From the IMG/VR virus record IMGVR_UViG_2890901082_000001, positions 1-64,000 of that record: DNA of 64,000 nt. One strand, written 5' to 3'. The DNA comes from a virus. Shown in pieces: positions 35,058-43,998 of this stretch; the first letter of the stretch is position 1; every line of letters begins with the position of its first letter. The notes below the pieces were generated by a model. It saw only the letters and a program-made list of their open reading frames with translations. It ran no database searches and had not been told where the DNA came from. The translations under genes and the position numbers were made by a program.

Positions 35058-36950
35058 TTATTCTTCTTGCGGGGGGGTTCCCGAGGATTCTAATTCCCTC
35101 TGTTCCACTAATTTTTGTGCTTCCAACTCTTTATTGAAAATTGCCATTTCTTTCTGTTGATCATTGGAAAGCTTGTTTTGTTTCTCGGCAACTTTAAGTT
35201 GTTCTGCATTTGTAAACTGAGTTTGTCGTATGTTTCTTTCTTCCTCAGCTATTCTTTGTCTGTGCTGCTGCTCTTCTTGATAATTCATTTGTCTAAGCTG
35301 CTGCTCCTCCTGTAAGCCAGCTTGGAATATTGCCATTTCTTTCTGCATATTTTGCTGCTCAATTTGCAGTTTGAGTTGCATTTCTTGTTGAACTTCCTGC
35401 ATTTTCAACTGAGCTTGCTGCTGTATCTCCTGTAGCTTGATTTGTTGCCTTTGCTGAAGTTCTTGCATTTCAATCTGCACCTCAGTTTGTACCTTTTGCT
35501 GCATATTGGCTCTCTCCGCTTCTACTTCGGCCTCCGCTATCTTTTCATTTTTCCACTCTTGCATCACTTCTTCTGCGTTATTTACACCCAGATTATTCAT
35601 GATTCTTTTCTTTGAATTGATTCCAAGTTGAAGCTCTGTTTGTGCAACTTGAACTTCTTGGATCTTATCTTGAGGGAAACCGTATTCGAAGACAGGCTCT
35701 ATCTTATATTCATTTTCAAAAAGAACACTTTCTATAGAGTCTAGTTCTGCAATTGTTTTCTTGATATAGGGAACATTGCCCCCCATAATTCTCGAAATTT
35801 TGAAAGCTAATGCATTAAGACTTGCAATACCTTCAGCATAGCACATCCATTTTTGATCCGCTTCCTGAATAATCGGGTGATAGGTTAGCTTAAGAGCTGC
35901 TGCAGAAGTATTGGATATAGCTTGAATTTTTCCAAGCGAATTTTCGGGAACATTCGAAAGTTCATGCATCGACATTTTCAAACTATCTCTATAGTCTTTT
36001 GCTGCCGAAAGATCTACATCCAATCCCAAGTTAAATACCTGTGCTTCGGGCGGAAGTCCTGACCAAACTTTTCCAAGACCACGAACTAATCCTCCAACGC
36101 TTGCCCCTGTAACTACAGTCGTTGGGCTAGAGTGATAATCAATTATGGCTTTAATATCCAAGGACATTTCGTTATAAATCTTATTGATTTTTAGGATGTC
36201 GTTTGCATCGGATACTCCAAAATAGTGTCCTGCCCTCGGTCTATTTTTTATATGGACTATTGGTATAAATCCAAACTTATTCTCTGCCTCGCTGAATTCA
36301 TACTTTTGGGGATTGACGTAAGAGGTATCTATTTGGAACCAAGTCTGAATCGTTTCTTTGGTAAACCTTGTAATCTTTAGTTTATAGTTGTTTTTGTTTT
36401 TTACTAAAGGCTGACGAATCATAAAAGCAGTTACATCGTCAAACTCCCCCTTATCAAATTCGGGGTAACAATGTCTACTATCTAATACAGAGAATTTTAC
36501 ATAATTCATGTCTGGGACCCATTGTGCCATCGCCCAAACATCTCCGCAAACACTTCCCATCTGAAGCAGTTCATGTGCAAAGATCGCTTTGCCTGTCAGT
36601 TTCCAATGTCGAAGTAAAAACTGTTCTGCTTTTCTCTCTATATCTTCATCCACTACATCAGTAGAGTACTTTGTCACTTTGAAAGAAAAACCATTTTTAC
36701 CAAGAAGGTACATATTGATCTTATCTACAAAGGCTTTTACATAGTTAAAAGCAAGAAGTGTTTCGTTCAGATCTTTCCAATGTTCACCATTATAGAACTT
36801 CCAAAAAAGATTGTATCGTAAAATTCTTTTTGTTTCTGTTTCCGGTGCGCCCGCAATAAAAGTAGAACTTACATAATCACGAAGTATAGTGCTGCCCTCC
36901 TCATTAACCTTGTTATAAGGGTTGACAGTCACTTTCTGATTAAGTGCCAT
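35058..36950 (-). CDS. portal protein with Gln/Glu-rich coiled-coil C-terminal extension (630 aa)
   Basis: N-terminal ILRYNLFWKFYNGEHW portal-type motif. Size. Position near terL. Confidence 0.75.
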   Translation of the reverse strand: MALNQKVTVNPYNKVNEEGSTILRDYVSSTFIAGAPETETKRILRYNLFWKFYNGEHWKDLNETLLAFNYVKAFVDKINMYLLGKNGFSFKVTKYSTDVVDEDIERKAEQFLLRHWKLTGKAIFAHELLQMGSVCGDVWAMAQWVPDMNYVKFSVLDSRHCYPEFDKGEFDDVTAFMIRQPLVKNKNNYKLKITRFTKETIQTWFQIDTSYVNPQKYEFSEAENKFGFIPIVHIKNRPRAGHYFGVSDANDILKINKIYNEMSLDIKAIIDYHSSPTTVVTGASVGGLVRGLGKVWSGLPPEAQVFNLGLDVDLSAAKDYRDSLKMSMHELSNVPENSLGKIQAISNTSAAALKLTYHPIIQEADQKWMCYAEGIASLNALAFKISRIMGGNVPYIKKTIAELDSIESVLFENEYKIEPVFEYGFPQDKIQEVQVAQTELQLGINSKKRIMNNLGVNNAEEVMQEWKNEKIAEAEVEAERANMQQKVQTEVQIEMQELQQRQQIKLQEIQQQAQLKMQEVQQEMQLKLQIEQQNMQKEMAIFQAGLQEEQQLRQMNYQEEQQHRQRIAEEERNIRQTQFTNAEQLKVAEKQNKLSNDQQKEMAIFNKELEAQKLVEQRELESSGTPPQEE

Positions 36951-36957
36951 GTTTTAA

Positions 36958-36969
36958 AATATTTGTGTG
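36958..36969 (-). promoter_or_regulatory. conserved upstream motif copy, 7 nt before ATG 36950 (portal)
   Basis: aatatttgtgtg on the + strand. Confidence 0.6.
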
Positions 36970-36975
36970 GAAACC

Positions 36976-37776
36976 CTATACAGCTACTTTTGCCGATATA
37001 GCTGGGTGAGGGTTGTAATCGTTTAAATGAATTTGATTGAAATCTAAATCCTCGATGTTTGCGTTTTTTTCAATGTCAAGGGATAGTGTAGGTAGTTGCC
37101 GTTCTACTCTACTTAAGACTTCCTTAACCTGATTAATGTGATTGCTATAAATATGAGCATCGCCAATTGTGTGTATAAATTCACCGACTCCATACCCACA
37201 AATTTGTGCGATAACATGCGTAAGAAGAGCATAACTAGCGATATTGAAAGGAACGCCCAAAAAGAGGTCGGCTGATCTTTGGTATAATTGGCAAGATAGT
37301 TTTTTGTCTTTCGAAACATAAAATTGAAAAAGTAGATGGCACGGAGGCAAGGCCATTTCTTGCAAGTCCGAAACATTCCACGAAGATACAATATGTCTAC
37401 GACTTTTAGGATCTCTTTTCAAATCATAAATCAATTTTGAAATCTGATCGTATTCGATACCTAAATTATCTCTCCAGCTCCTCCACTGCTTACCGTATAT
37501 TGGTCCCAAGTCTCCAAATTCATCCGCCCACTCATTCCAAATACGTACACCATTTTCATTCAGATACTTTATGTTGGTATCCCCCTTCAGGAACCAAAGC
37601 AATTCATGAACGATGCTTTTCCAATGCAGCTTCTTAGTCGTCTGTAATGGAAATCCTTTATTCAAGTCAAAACGCATTTGATAACCAAAAACAGAAAAGC
37701 AACAAATACCCGTCCTATCTTCTCGTAACTCGCCATGCTCTAATACATGGCTTAACAATTTGTGATACTGCTCCAT
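36976..37776 (-). CDS. thyA: thymidylate synthase (ThyA-type)
   Basis: [43 protein letters not shown] and the catalytic [13 protein letters not shown]. Confidence 0.9.
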   Translation of the reverse strand: MEQYHKLLSHVLEHGELREDRTGICCFSVFGYQMRFDLNKGFPLQTTKKLHWKSIVHELLWFLKGDTNIKYLNENGVRIWNEWADEFGDLGPIYGKQWRSWRDNLGIEYDQISKLIYDLKRDPKSRRHIVSSWNVSDLQEMALPPCHLLFQFYVSKDKKLSCQLYQRSADLFLGVPFNIASYALLTHVIAQICGYGVGEFIHTIGDAHIYSNHINQVKEVLSRVERQLPTLSLDIEKNANIEDLDFNQIHLNDYNPHPAISAKVAV

Positions 37777-38417
37777 TATAATCCTTTCGCTACAGCTCTG
37801 CTATGTGAATCTACCATAATAGATTTTTGATGTGACAGTTCTGATTGAGTATAAAACACTTTAGCAAATTTTGAGGTATGTGTAATTGACTCTGCTTCTT
37901 CTACCCCCCTTGCCATCATGCATGTGTGTCTTGCCGAAACCATGACAGCAATTTCTCCATGTCCCAGTATCTTAGAAAATACATGATGAATAATCTTTGT
38001 TAGATTTTCTTGTGTGGTTGGTTGCTTTGCAAGGTATTGTATCAGTCTAGGTATTTTTGAAAGACCAAGTATCAATCCATTTTTTGGGTTGTATCCAAAA
38101 CTAACTTTACCAAAGAAGGGCATAAAGTGATGCTCGCAGTAAGAGTAAAAACGAATATCCGATAGCATTACAAACTCAGCATTAGGTTCTTTAAATGCCG
38201 TTATTTTAGGTACTTTGGTAGGATCAAGACCGTGGACTAATTCATTGGTGAAGAACTTTGCTATTCGCTTCGGGGTATCTCTCAACCCTTCCGACTCTGC
38301 GTTTAAGCCAAGCGTTTGTATGATACTCAGTACAGATGCTTCTATCTTTTCTTGAGGAGAAATTTTAGTTTCTTCAGCAACGGGATTCTTAGCTTTTTTC
38401 TTTTTTGTTTCTTTCAT
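37776..38417 (-). CDS. folE: GTP cyclohydrolase I
   Basis: [20 protein letters not shown] and HTCMMARGV signatures. Confidence 0.85.
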   Translation of the reverse strand: MKETKKKKAKNPVAEETKISPQEKIEASVLSIIQTLGLNAESEGLRDTPKRIAKFFTNELVHGLDPTKVPKITAFKEPNAEFVMLSDIRFYSYCEHHFMPFFGKVSFGYNPKNGLILGLSKIPRLIQYLAKQPTTQENLTKIIHHVFSKILGHGEIAVMVSARHTCMMARGVEEAESITHTSKFAKVFYTQSELSHQKSIMVDSHSRAVAKGL

Positions 38418-38844
38418 TTTGTCGAGTTTTTAGAAGTAAATTAATATCAGTATCAGTACTTTCTAGAAAGAATCTAGACACTAATGCTAGTATCTCTGAG
38501 CAACTGTATGACAGCTCATAAAAATGTCTTCCCGTATTGTTTTTATACAAGAAGATAACTTTTGTGATGTAATCGCTTATAACTAAATCACTGAAAGTAA
38601 TGCATACTTTCTCACTGTGAGAAGCTTTTGCACTTAATCTAAGTACAGTGTTTAATGCATATAATTCTGCAAGACATAAAACAACATCAACGAATAACCT
38701 TTGTAGCTGTTCTTTACCTTGGGCTTCGAGTATATTTTGATTTAAAACATCAAGCTCCTGCAGAACTTGTGTAGTATCTCTGAGATATGGTAGCCCCTTC
38801 ATCAAATTCTGAAATTTGAAGGATAGATAATTGTTCCTTGGCAT
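38389..38844 (-). CDS. hypothetical protein (151 aa)
   Basis: ORF track. 29-nt overlap with folE. Confidence 0.45.
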   Translation of the reverse strand: MPRNNYLSFKFQNLMKGLPYLRDTTQVLQELDVLNQNILEAQGKEQLQRLFVDVVLCLAELYALNTVLRLSAKASHSEKVCITFSDLVISDYITKVIFLYKNNTGRHFYELSYSCSEILALVSRFFLESTDTDINLLLKTRQNERNKKEKS

Positions 38845-39146
38845 TACTTAATCCGTTTAAAGTTTGTAAGTTTCTGTTCTAAGTTTATCGAATCTCTGCA
38901 GGGGTACGATGCTTTGCGATCCACAAGCCTTTGACCTGATGCTTCGCTAAGATATTTCACACAACTTTCGATTCCCTTTTCATTGTATATTTTATAGCAT
39001 TCTCTAAGTTCATCTAATGTCATGTTCTCTAGTTTATTCAAGTTCTTTGAATATCCTCCAATTTTGTTTTTGACATTACTGTTTAAATAGGGAGAGATAA
39101 CGCGTTCTAGTTTTCTATACAATAAGTATTCTTGACATGTTGACAT
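38844..39146 (-). CDS. hypothetical protein (100 aa)
   Basis: Start moved to MSTCQEY (ATG 39146), 4 nt after the terL stop. The longer track ORF would overlap terL by 149 nt. Confidence 0.4.
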   Translation of the reverse strand: MSTCQEYLLYRKLERVISPYLNSNVKNKIGGYSKNLNKLENMTLDELRECYKIYNEKGIESCVKYLSEASGQRLVDRKASYPCRDSINLEQKLTNFKRIK

Positions 39147-39150
39147 GGTA

Positions 39151-40812
39151 TTAATGAGAAAGGTTTGAGTAAATAGATCTTGAATTTTGCAATTCAGCAT
39201 AAAGAGGATTATCAACAACTTCAACTTGATAGTCACTGCTCTCAACCATGATACTATTGCCTGCAAGTACCATAAGTCCGAGAGAATCCACGTAGTCATC
39301 GAACGTTCCCCTGTCTTTTTCCAAGATCAAATAAGACCCCTCATACCTTTTCGTAACACCCTTCAGTTGGTCTTCAAATTTAGTGAATTCTTCTGAAGAT
39401 CGTGTGGCTTTGTTAGCAGGAAATTCAATACGTCCACTTTCCATATCGTTTGATAAGGATACCCACATTTCGGATTTGCTTTGTTGAGTAAATGTGTAAG
39501 GAACAACCTCAACAACTTCCATCAAGGCATGCGTAAGTCGATCAACTACCGCTCGCCCAACTCCGGTATAATCCGCGTATAGGATACAAACTTGAAAAAG
39601 CTTTAATGCATCAAGCAGTGCGTAGTGCTGTTGCTCGTAGTCCATGTTTCCGAAATCGTACCATCGTAGGATCTCCTTTTTTCTGATAGGTAAAGCAAAT
39701 TCTGATTCTCCTTCCTGGTCAACTTCCTTCACTCTAGCTATAGTAAGGACAGTAGATGCAGGATGTTTTGCAATGTCCAATCCTGCAACAACTACATCTC
39801 CATCATTTAAGTAGGAAGCCAAACCTTTACGACCATTAGCCATTTTCTTAAAAAGAGAGTCCGTTACAAACTGACCACTTTCTAACGCCCATTTTAACTC
39901 ATAGTTTAGTTCAAATGCTTCAGTATCTCCCCTACGCTCTGCTCTCGCTTTTTCATTCAATACAGACTTTTCATAGAAGGAGTGCATTCTTACTTTCGTC
40001 TTCTCGTAAACTTCTTTTTTGTATTTTGAAACCTGTTTCCAATTGAATTCAAAATGCAATTTTAGTCTTGGGTCCTTAATTCTTGTAGACCTTTTTGAGT
40101 TGTACTGTATGTCATCCCAGAAATGGTTTTTAGTTCTACCTGTAGTACCAATTTTTACACAGCATCCACCAACAGCACTTAGCATTGGCATAATGGATTT
40201 ATCTATTATCCATGTATCCACATCTTGAGCCTCGTCTATGAATGCGATTGAGAATGACTTACTTTCAATTTTTGATGTTTTACCACAACTCTGCCCTTTC
40301 ATGAAACTACCATTTGATAGATTCAGATTTACCGAACTTGTATTCTCTACATCAATGTCGGGATCTGCCATGATCTCAACTGCCGACTGGCTATTGAGGG
40401 CTTTCATAATACGTTGGTAACTTGTAGAAACCTGTTCTTTTTGGGGTGCAAATAGTCCAACCATAACACCGTCTTTAAACTGTGAGAAGTATTCCGGTAG
40501 AATGTTAGCCATTGCAGGGAACAGCACTGTAATGGTGGGAACAAGAAAAACGATTGCCTCTGTCTTTCCTGCTTGTCGGCTGATCAAAACCGTAAAGGTT
40601 TCTCCATCAACCTTCAGAAGTGAATAGATTGCCCTGAAAACTATTAAGAACTGATAGTAATATAATTCGATACCCGTTAATGCCTTTCCGAATTCGATTA
40701 TATTTAATATTAGTTGAATTAAGTCATCATCCGCCAGATTCTTTGCCGTATCCTCTAGCTTCTTTTTTGACTGAGCTTTCAGACGTACTCTATTGCCGCG
40801 AGCCGTCTTCAT
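39151..40812 (-). CDS. terL: terminase large subunit
   Basis: Walker A-like ISRQAGKTEA, Walker B IAFIDEAQD, and a C-terminal RNaseH-like nuclease region (VVAGLDIA...ILYADYTGVG). Confidence 0.85.
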   Translation of the reverse strand: MKTARGNRVRLKAQSKKKLEDTAKNLADDDLIQLILNIIEFGKALTGIELYYYQFLIVFRAIYSLLKVDGETFTVLISRQAGKTEAIVFLVPTITVLFPAMANILPEYFSQFKDGVMVGLFAPQKEQVSTSYQRIMKALNSQSAVEIMADPDIDVENTSSVNLNLSNGSFMKGQSCGKTSKIESKSFSIAFIDEAQDVDTWIIDKSIMPMLSAVGGCCVKIGTTGRTKNHFWDDIQYNSKRSTRIKDPRLKLHFEFNWKQVSKYKKEVYEKTKVRMHSFYEKSVLNEKARAERRGDTEAFELNYELKWALESGQFVTDSLFKKMANGRKGLASYLNDGDVVVAGLDIAKHPASTVLTIARVKEVDQEGESEFALPIRKKEILRWYDFGNMDYEQQHYALLDALKLFQVCILYADYTGVGRAVVDRLTHALMEVVEVVPYTFTQQSKSEMWVSLSNDMESGRIEFPANKATRSSEEFTKFEDQLKGVTKRYEGSYLILEKDRGTFDDYVDSLGLMVLAGNSIMVESSDYQVEVVDNPLYAELQNSRSIYSNLSH

Positions 40813-40833
40813 TTAAATTTAATTTAGATTTTA

Positions 40834-40845
40834 AATATTTGTGTG
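40834..40845 (-). promoter_or_regulatory. conserved upstream motif copy, 21 nt before ATG 40812 (terL)
   Basis: aatatttgtgtg on the + strand. Confidence 0.6.
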
Positions 40846-41062
40846 TTTCAGTGAGTTAAACCGTCCTTATCCGATTTATTCACCTAATTCAAATATAGAA
40901 TAAAATTTAATATTATCCGAGTGTCATAATTTTTGTATATTGCTCGTATACTACATATTTCTAGTAATAGTAAGTTGCTATCAATAACCAAAAACTTACT
41001 ATGAATATTATCAAATTAACAAGGGAACACTTTTAGAATGGGGTGTTCAAAGATTAACGAAA

Positions 41063-41365
41063 ATGAACAAAATTGTTAGACTGTACGTGTACGAATCTGA
41101 TCTACTCGACTCTGAATATATTCGAACAGAATTAGAGGAAGGCGTGCTACTTCGAATTAAAGAGTCTAAGCGACCAAGCACCGCATTTGCTTACGACCTT
41201 GTAATGCTTCAGTACGAACATAGAAGATATGATGTTTGTGCAACTAAGCAAGAAGATGGAGACAGATTGCTATCTTTCGAAATTTCAAATCATGGGATTA
41301 GAAGCAACAAAATGAAAACTAGTGACATTTTACAGTTCACTAAAAACTACTCGCACGCTAATTAA
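41063..41365 (+). CDS. hypothetical protein (100 aa), plus strand
   Basis: ORF track. Divergent from terL. Followed by a bidirectional terminator. Confidence 0.45.
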   Translation: MNKIVRLYVYESDLLDSEYIRTELEEGVLLRIKESKRPSTAFAYDLVMLQYEHRRYDVCATKQEDGDRLLSFEISNHGIRSNKMKTSDILQFTKNYSHAN

Positions 41366-41433
41366 CTGCGTACCTGTATGTTCAGGAAAAAATATTAAAA
41401 AAATTTTTCAGTTGTCTAGGGCAGCCGATCCCA

Positions 41434-41463
41434 GGCGCACGATGCGCGTTTAACGGGGGGGGG
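41434..41463. repeat. GC hairpin GCGCA-cga-TGCGC (41434-41446) followed by a G10 homopolymer (41454-41463)
   Basis: Read directly from the sequence. Unusual for this AT-rich genome. Confidence 0.6.
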
Positions 41464-41477
41464 TCTTATTTAGGACA

Positions 41478-41526
41478 CAAAAAAGCCATGCGCCGACTAA
41501 GGTACATGGCTTCTTTTATTTTTTAA
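41478..41526. terminator. bidirectional intrinsic terminator between convergent genes
   Basis: AGCCATG (41484-41490) pairs with CATGGCT (41505-41511). A-run upstream and T-run downstream. Confidence 0.6.
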
Positions 41527-41533
41527 GGAGCGC

Positions 41534-42709
41534 TTATTCAGTAACTACTTCTAGATCACCGCTAAATCTTATTTCATTCTTGCGCATCTGAAGATGTGAA
41601 GATTTAAGAGCGCTTATCAGTTCAAATGAAAGCGGGTTCTCTTTACCGCTTACTTCTTTAGTAAACTGATCTAGTCCAATAATACGCGCGGCATTTTCAC
41701 CGCCATATCTGACACCAACTTGATTGATATTAAAGTCGTCATACTCTGGCGCGTCGTTAATACCGACTTGGTCGGCGCGCGAAACTACATCATGTTCGCA
41801 ATGAACATCAGATACAGAAACCGCATATTTGATATGCATATTCTCTTTGGTTAGGTTAGCTACTTCTTTTTCTGTAAGCTCTCTGAGCGTTACCATTCTT
41901 AGCGCATTTCTGTACGCGTATACGAGGCACGCGTTTTTTGAGTGCGAATGTGAAGAGTCGCAGAACATCACGCTTTTAAAATTCTCATGCTCTTGTATGT
42001 GATGCATAAAATTATGCATCATAACTTCTTCCAACTGCGCTTCACTAAGCTCTTCAACGGGTACGCCATTATGGGCGCTTTTTAGCAATTTATCTTTAAA
42101 GACAATATCGGTTACTGCTACATTTCTGATCGAGCGCACTTGTCTCGATAAAATATCCGACTTTATTTGCTCTATATCGTTAGACTTTAAAAAATCATCT
42201 GAATACAGTTCTTTAGCTTGTTCATCTAAAGTTTTAGAACGGCTTTCTTGTGGTCGCGCTTCCATCTCTAGTGCGTACACTGACTCCAATGTATACTCCA
42301 AGGATTCGTTTTTAGCGCTAATAAATCTACTCTGCTTTGATATGGTTTCTTTCTTTTCGAAACAATTTCCAAAATAAGGGAAGACTGCTTCAGTCAACCA
42401 CTCATTGAATACTTGTTTTTTTCCAGCTACTGTTTTTAAAGGAGCATCTTTCGCTTTTTCAATCGACCATAGGATAAAGATTGCGCTTACTGCTTTTGCT
42501 TTTAAATCTTTTAACAGTGGTTTGACTGTTTTGGTGAACTCACTTTTAGTTCTTTCATCAGGAGCAAGCGCTCCGAAGTCAGCTAATGCATCTGTAATAG
42601 ATGCGTTGTTTAAATACTCAACAAGTCTAGTTTTTACTTGAATCAATCCGATTTTAGCGATGTATTTTTTATTGTTTTCCATAATACTAAGCGCAGTAAT
42701 CAACTGCAT
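41534..42709 (-). CDS. hypothetical protein (391 aa) with atypical GCGC-rich codon usage
   Basis: Long ORF. AAACTTAAAAAT box directly upstream of ATG 42709. About 17 GCGC tetramers, versus near absence elsewhere. Confidence 0.55.
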   Translation of the reverse strand: MQLITALSIMENNKKYIAKIGLIQVKTRLVEYLNNASITDALADFGALAPDERTKSEFTKTVKPLLKDLKAKAVSAIFILWSIEKAKDAPLKTVAGKKQVFNEWLTEAVFPYFGNCFEKKETISKQSRFISAKNESLEYTLESVYALEMEARPQESRSKTLDEQAKELYSDDFLKSNDIEQIKSDILSRQVRSIRNVAVTDIVFKDKLLKSAHNGVPVEELSEAQLEEVMMHNFMHHIQEHENFKSVMFCDSSHSHSKNACLVYAYRNALRMVTLRELTEKEVANLTKENMHIKYAVSVSDVHCEHDVVSRADQVGINDAPEYDDFNINQVGVRYGGENAARIIGLDQFTKEVSGKENPLSFELISALKSSHLQMRKNEIRFSGDLEVVTE

Positions 42710-42811
42710 ATTTTTAAGTTTTGAGAAACGAGAACGGTTGATGATGTCGCGCTCGTCATTGGTGTTGTTGATCTTAAATGATCATATTATAATATAACAA
42801 TTATCAACTAA

Positions 42812-42823
42812 TACACAAATATT
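42812..42823 (+). promoter_or_regulatory. single inverted (plus-sense) copy of the conserved motif, TACACAAATATT
   Basis: This is the only copy oriented toward the + strand. No convincing ORF follows it. Confidence 0.45.
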
Positions 42824-42851
42824 TTTTGAATTATTTTTATATTTTTTCATA

Positions 42852-42907
42852 TAGTATATTTAATAAATATGGATAGTATATGAGACTAAATTTTAAATAC
42901 AGTATAC
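42852..42907. repeat. three (T/C)AGTATA(T/C) repeats spaced 22 and 26 nt apart in a very AT-rich tract (iteron-like)
   Basis: tagtatat at 42852 and 42874, cagtatac at 42900. Confidence 0.35.
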
Positions 42908-43411
42908 TAAAATCATTATTTAAACATACACTAAGCAACTTTTTGAAATTCACACACCTCACTCCGATGCATGTACTCGCGTGCTAAACTCCTTACCTTT
43001 AAATTGTACTTTTCTAATATACGCGCCTAGATTCCCTACACATCCTCAACAAAACAATCTTTCGTCAATCCTAAATTCCTCCAAATACATTTTATTCCTT
43101 CTCGCGGATCCACCTCCACCTCACCAAAGAATATTCTGTGATGCCTTTGCCCATATTCCCACACATGCGGGACAGCCTAAATGCTCCATACCTCCCATAA
43201 CCTCCTAAAAATCAAGGCGTTCACTTCTCTCCCGCCTAACACACACGCAAATACACAAAGAGATAAAAGACTATTAAGAAGCACACTCACCCATTTCTCT
43301 CTCTATTTCACTGTTATTAATGCTATTTCCTATATAAAGCTATACCTTTTTCTCGCGCGAAAATTTTAGCCCCAACAACCGACTTATATAAGTTTCCTAG
43401 ATTAAGGGCAT

Positions 43412-43445
43412 AAAAAAAGACACAACTCATAGAACTGTGCCTTTT
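43412..43445 (-). terminator. intrinsic terminator (minus sense)
   Basis: The minus RNA forms AAGGCACA-loop-UGUGUCUU (one G-U pair) followed by U7. Confidence 0.55.
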
Positions 43446-43594
43446 ATACATGTGATTTTCTTAATAATTACTTCTGTGAACGTTAAGCATAACTTGCTAT
43501 TGCCTTTATGTAGTCTACATCCTTCTTTTCCGCCAAATTTTTGACTGAAAGAAAAACACCGCTCAAGGAGCAATGCCTTTCTATTCTTGTTCAT
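43427..43594 (-). CDS. possible 55-aa ORF, a partial paralog of the upstream gene
   Basis: My own translation: MNKNRKALLLERCFSFSQKFGGKEG.... It shares a near-identical 22-nt stretch (ccttcttttccgccaaattttt) with 43612..43998 and ends inside the terminator hairpin. Confidence 0.2.
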   Translation of the reverse strand: MNKNRKALLLERCFSFSQKFGGKEGCRLHKGNSKLCLTFTEVIIKKITCIKGTVL

Positions 43595-43611
43595 TAATCT
43601 TCATTAATCAT

Positions 43612-43998
43612 CTATACCTTATAGGGGAGTCTATGGACTAACATTCTAGAACATCTTCCGTCTTCCCCTTTTGCTTTGGAGTGGTCCCACAAATACAAAA
43701 TGAATATTACGCTGCTATCCTCAGTTTTTATATGGATAGTTGCACTCCTATTCTCTGTAAGAGTGTACCTTCTTTTTCCGCCAAATTTTTCTTCTTGTTT
43801 CTTTGTAGGCATGGCTAGGCCATCCTTATCCAAATACCACATCTCAGGATAACGTTCCTCGCGAGTCTGGTATGACCAAACATGCAAGGGCATCCCTGCG
43901 GGTTTTGTACTGATAAGATTTTTCATGTACTCGTATTGAGTACTAATTGTGCTAAATACTTTTGTTAAATCAATAACCTCTTTTGTAGTTGATTCCAT
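43612..43998 (-). CDS. hypothetical protein (128 aa)
   Basis: ORF track. TTAAACTTAAAA box upstream. Confidence 0.5.
   Translation of the reverse strand: MESTTKEVIDLTKVFSTISTQYEYMKNLISTKPAGMPLHVWSYQTREERYPEMWYLDKDGLAMPTKKQEEKFGGKRRYTLTENRSATIHIKTEDSSVIFILYLWDHSKAKGEDGRCSRMLVHRLPYKV

Noticed and set aside
32713-36950. Prohead maturation protease expected between the portal and capsid genes
   Set aside because: Only a 70-aa ORF and the Gln/Pro-rich protein lie there. Neither shows Ser/His (ClpP, S49, U9/U35-like) motifs, so no protease was called.
37113-37391. 92-aa alternative-frame ORF inside thyA, with similar nested ORFs at 53150-53335 and 59889-60182
   Set aside because: They are nested in genes that have clear family signatures in the main frame, and nothing supports dual coding.
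38844-39299. Long form of the ORF overlapping the terL 3' end by about 150 nt
   Set aside because: An internal ATG at 39146, 4 nt after the terL stop, gives a compact non-overlapping gene. The extended N-terminus is hydrophobic and low-complexity, and is probably spurious.
42981-43369. Two plus-strand ORFs (75 and 62 aa) in the G-poor region
   Set aside because: Their translations are low-complexity (P, L, S, H, T) and simply reflect the C/T-rich strand. One uses a non-ATG start and neither has the usual upstream box. The region is treated as non-coding.
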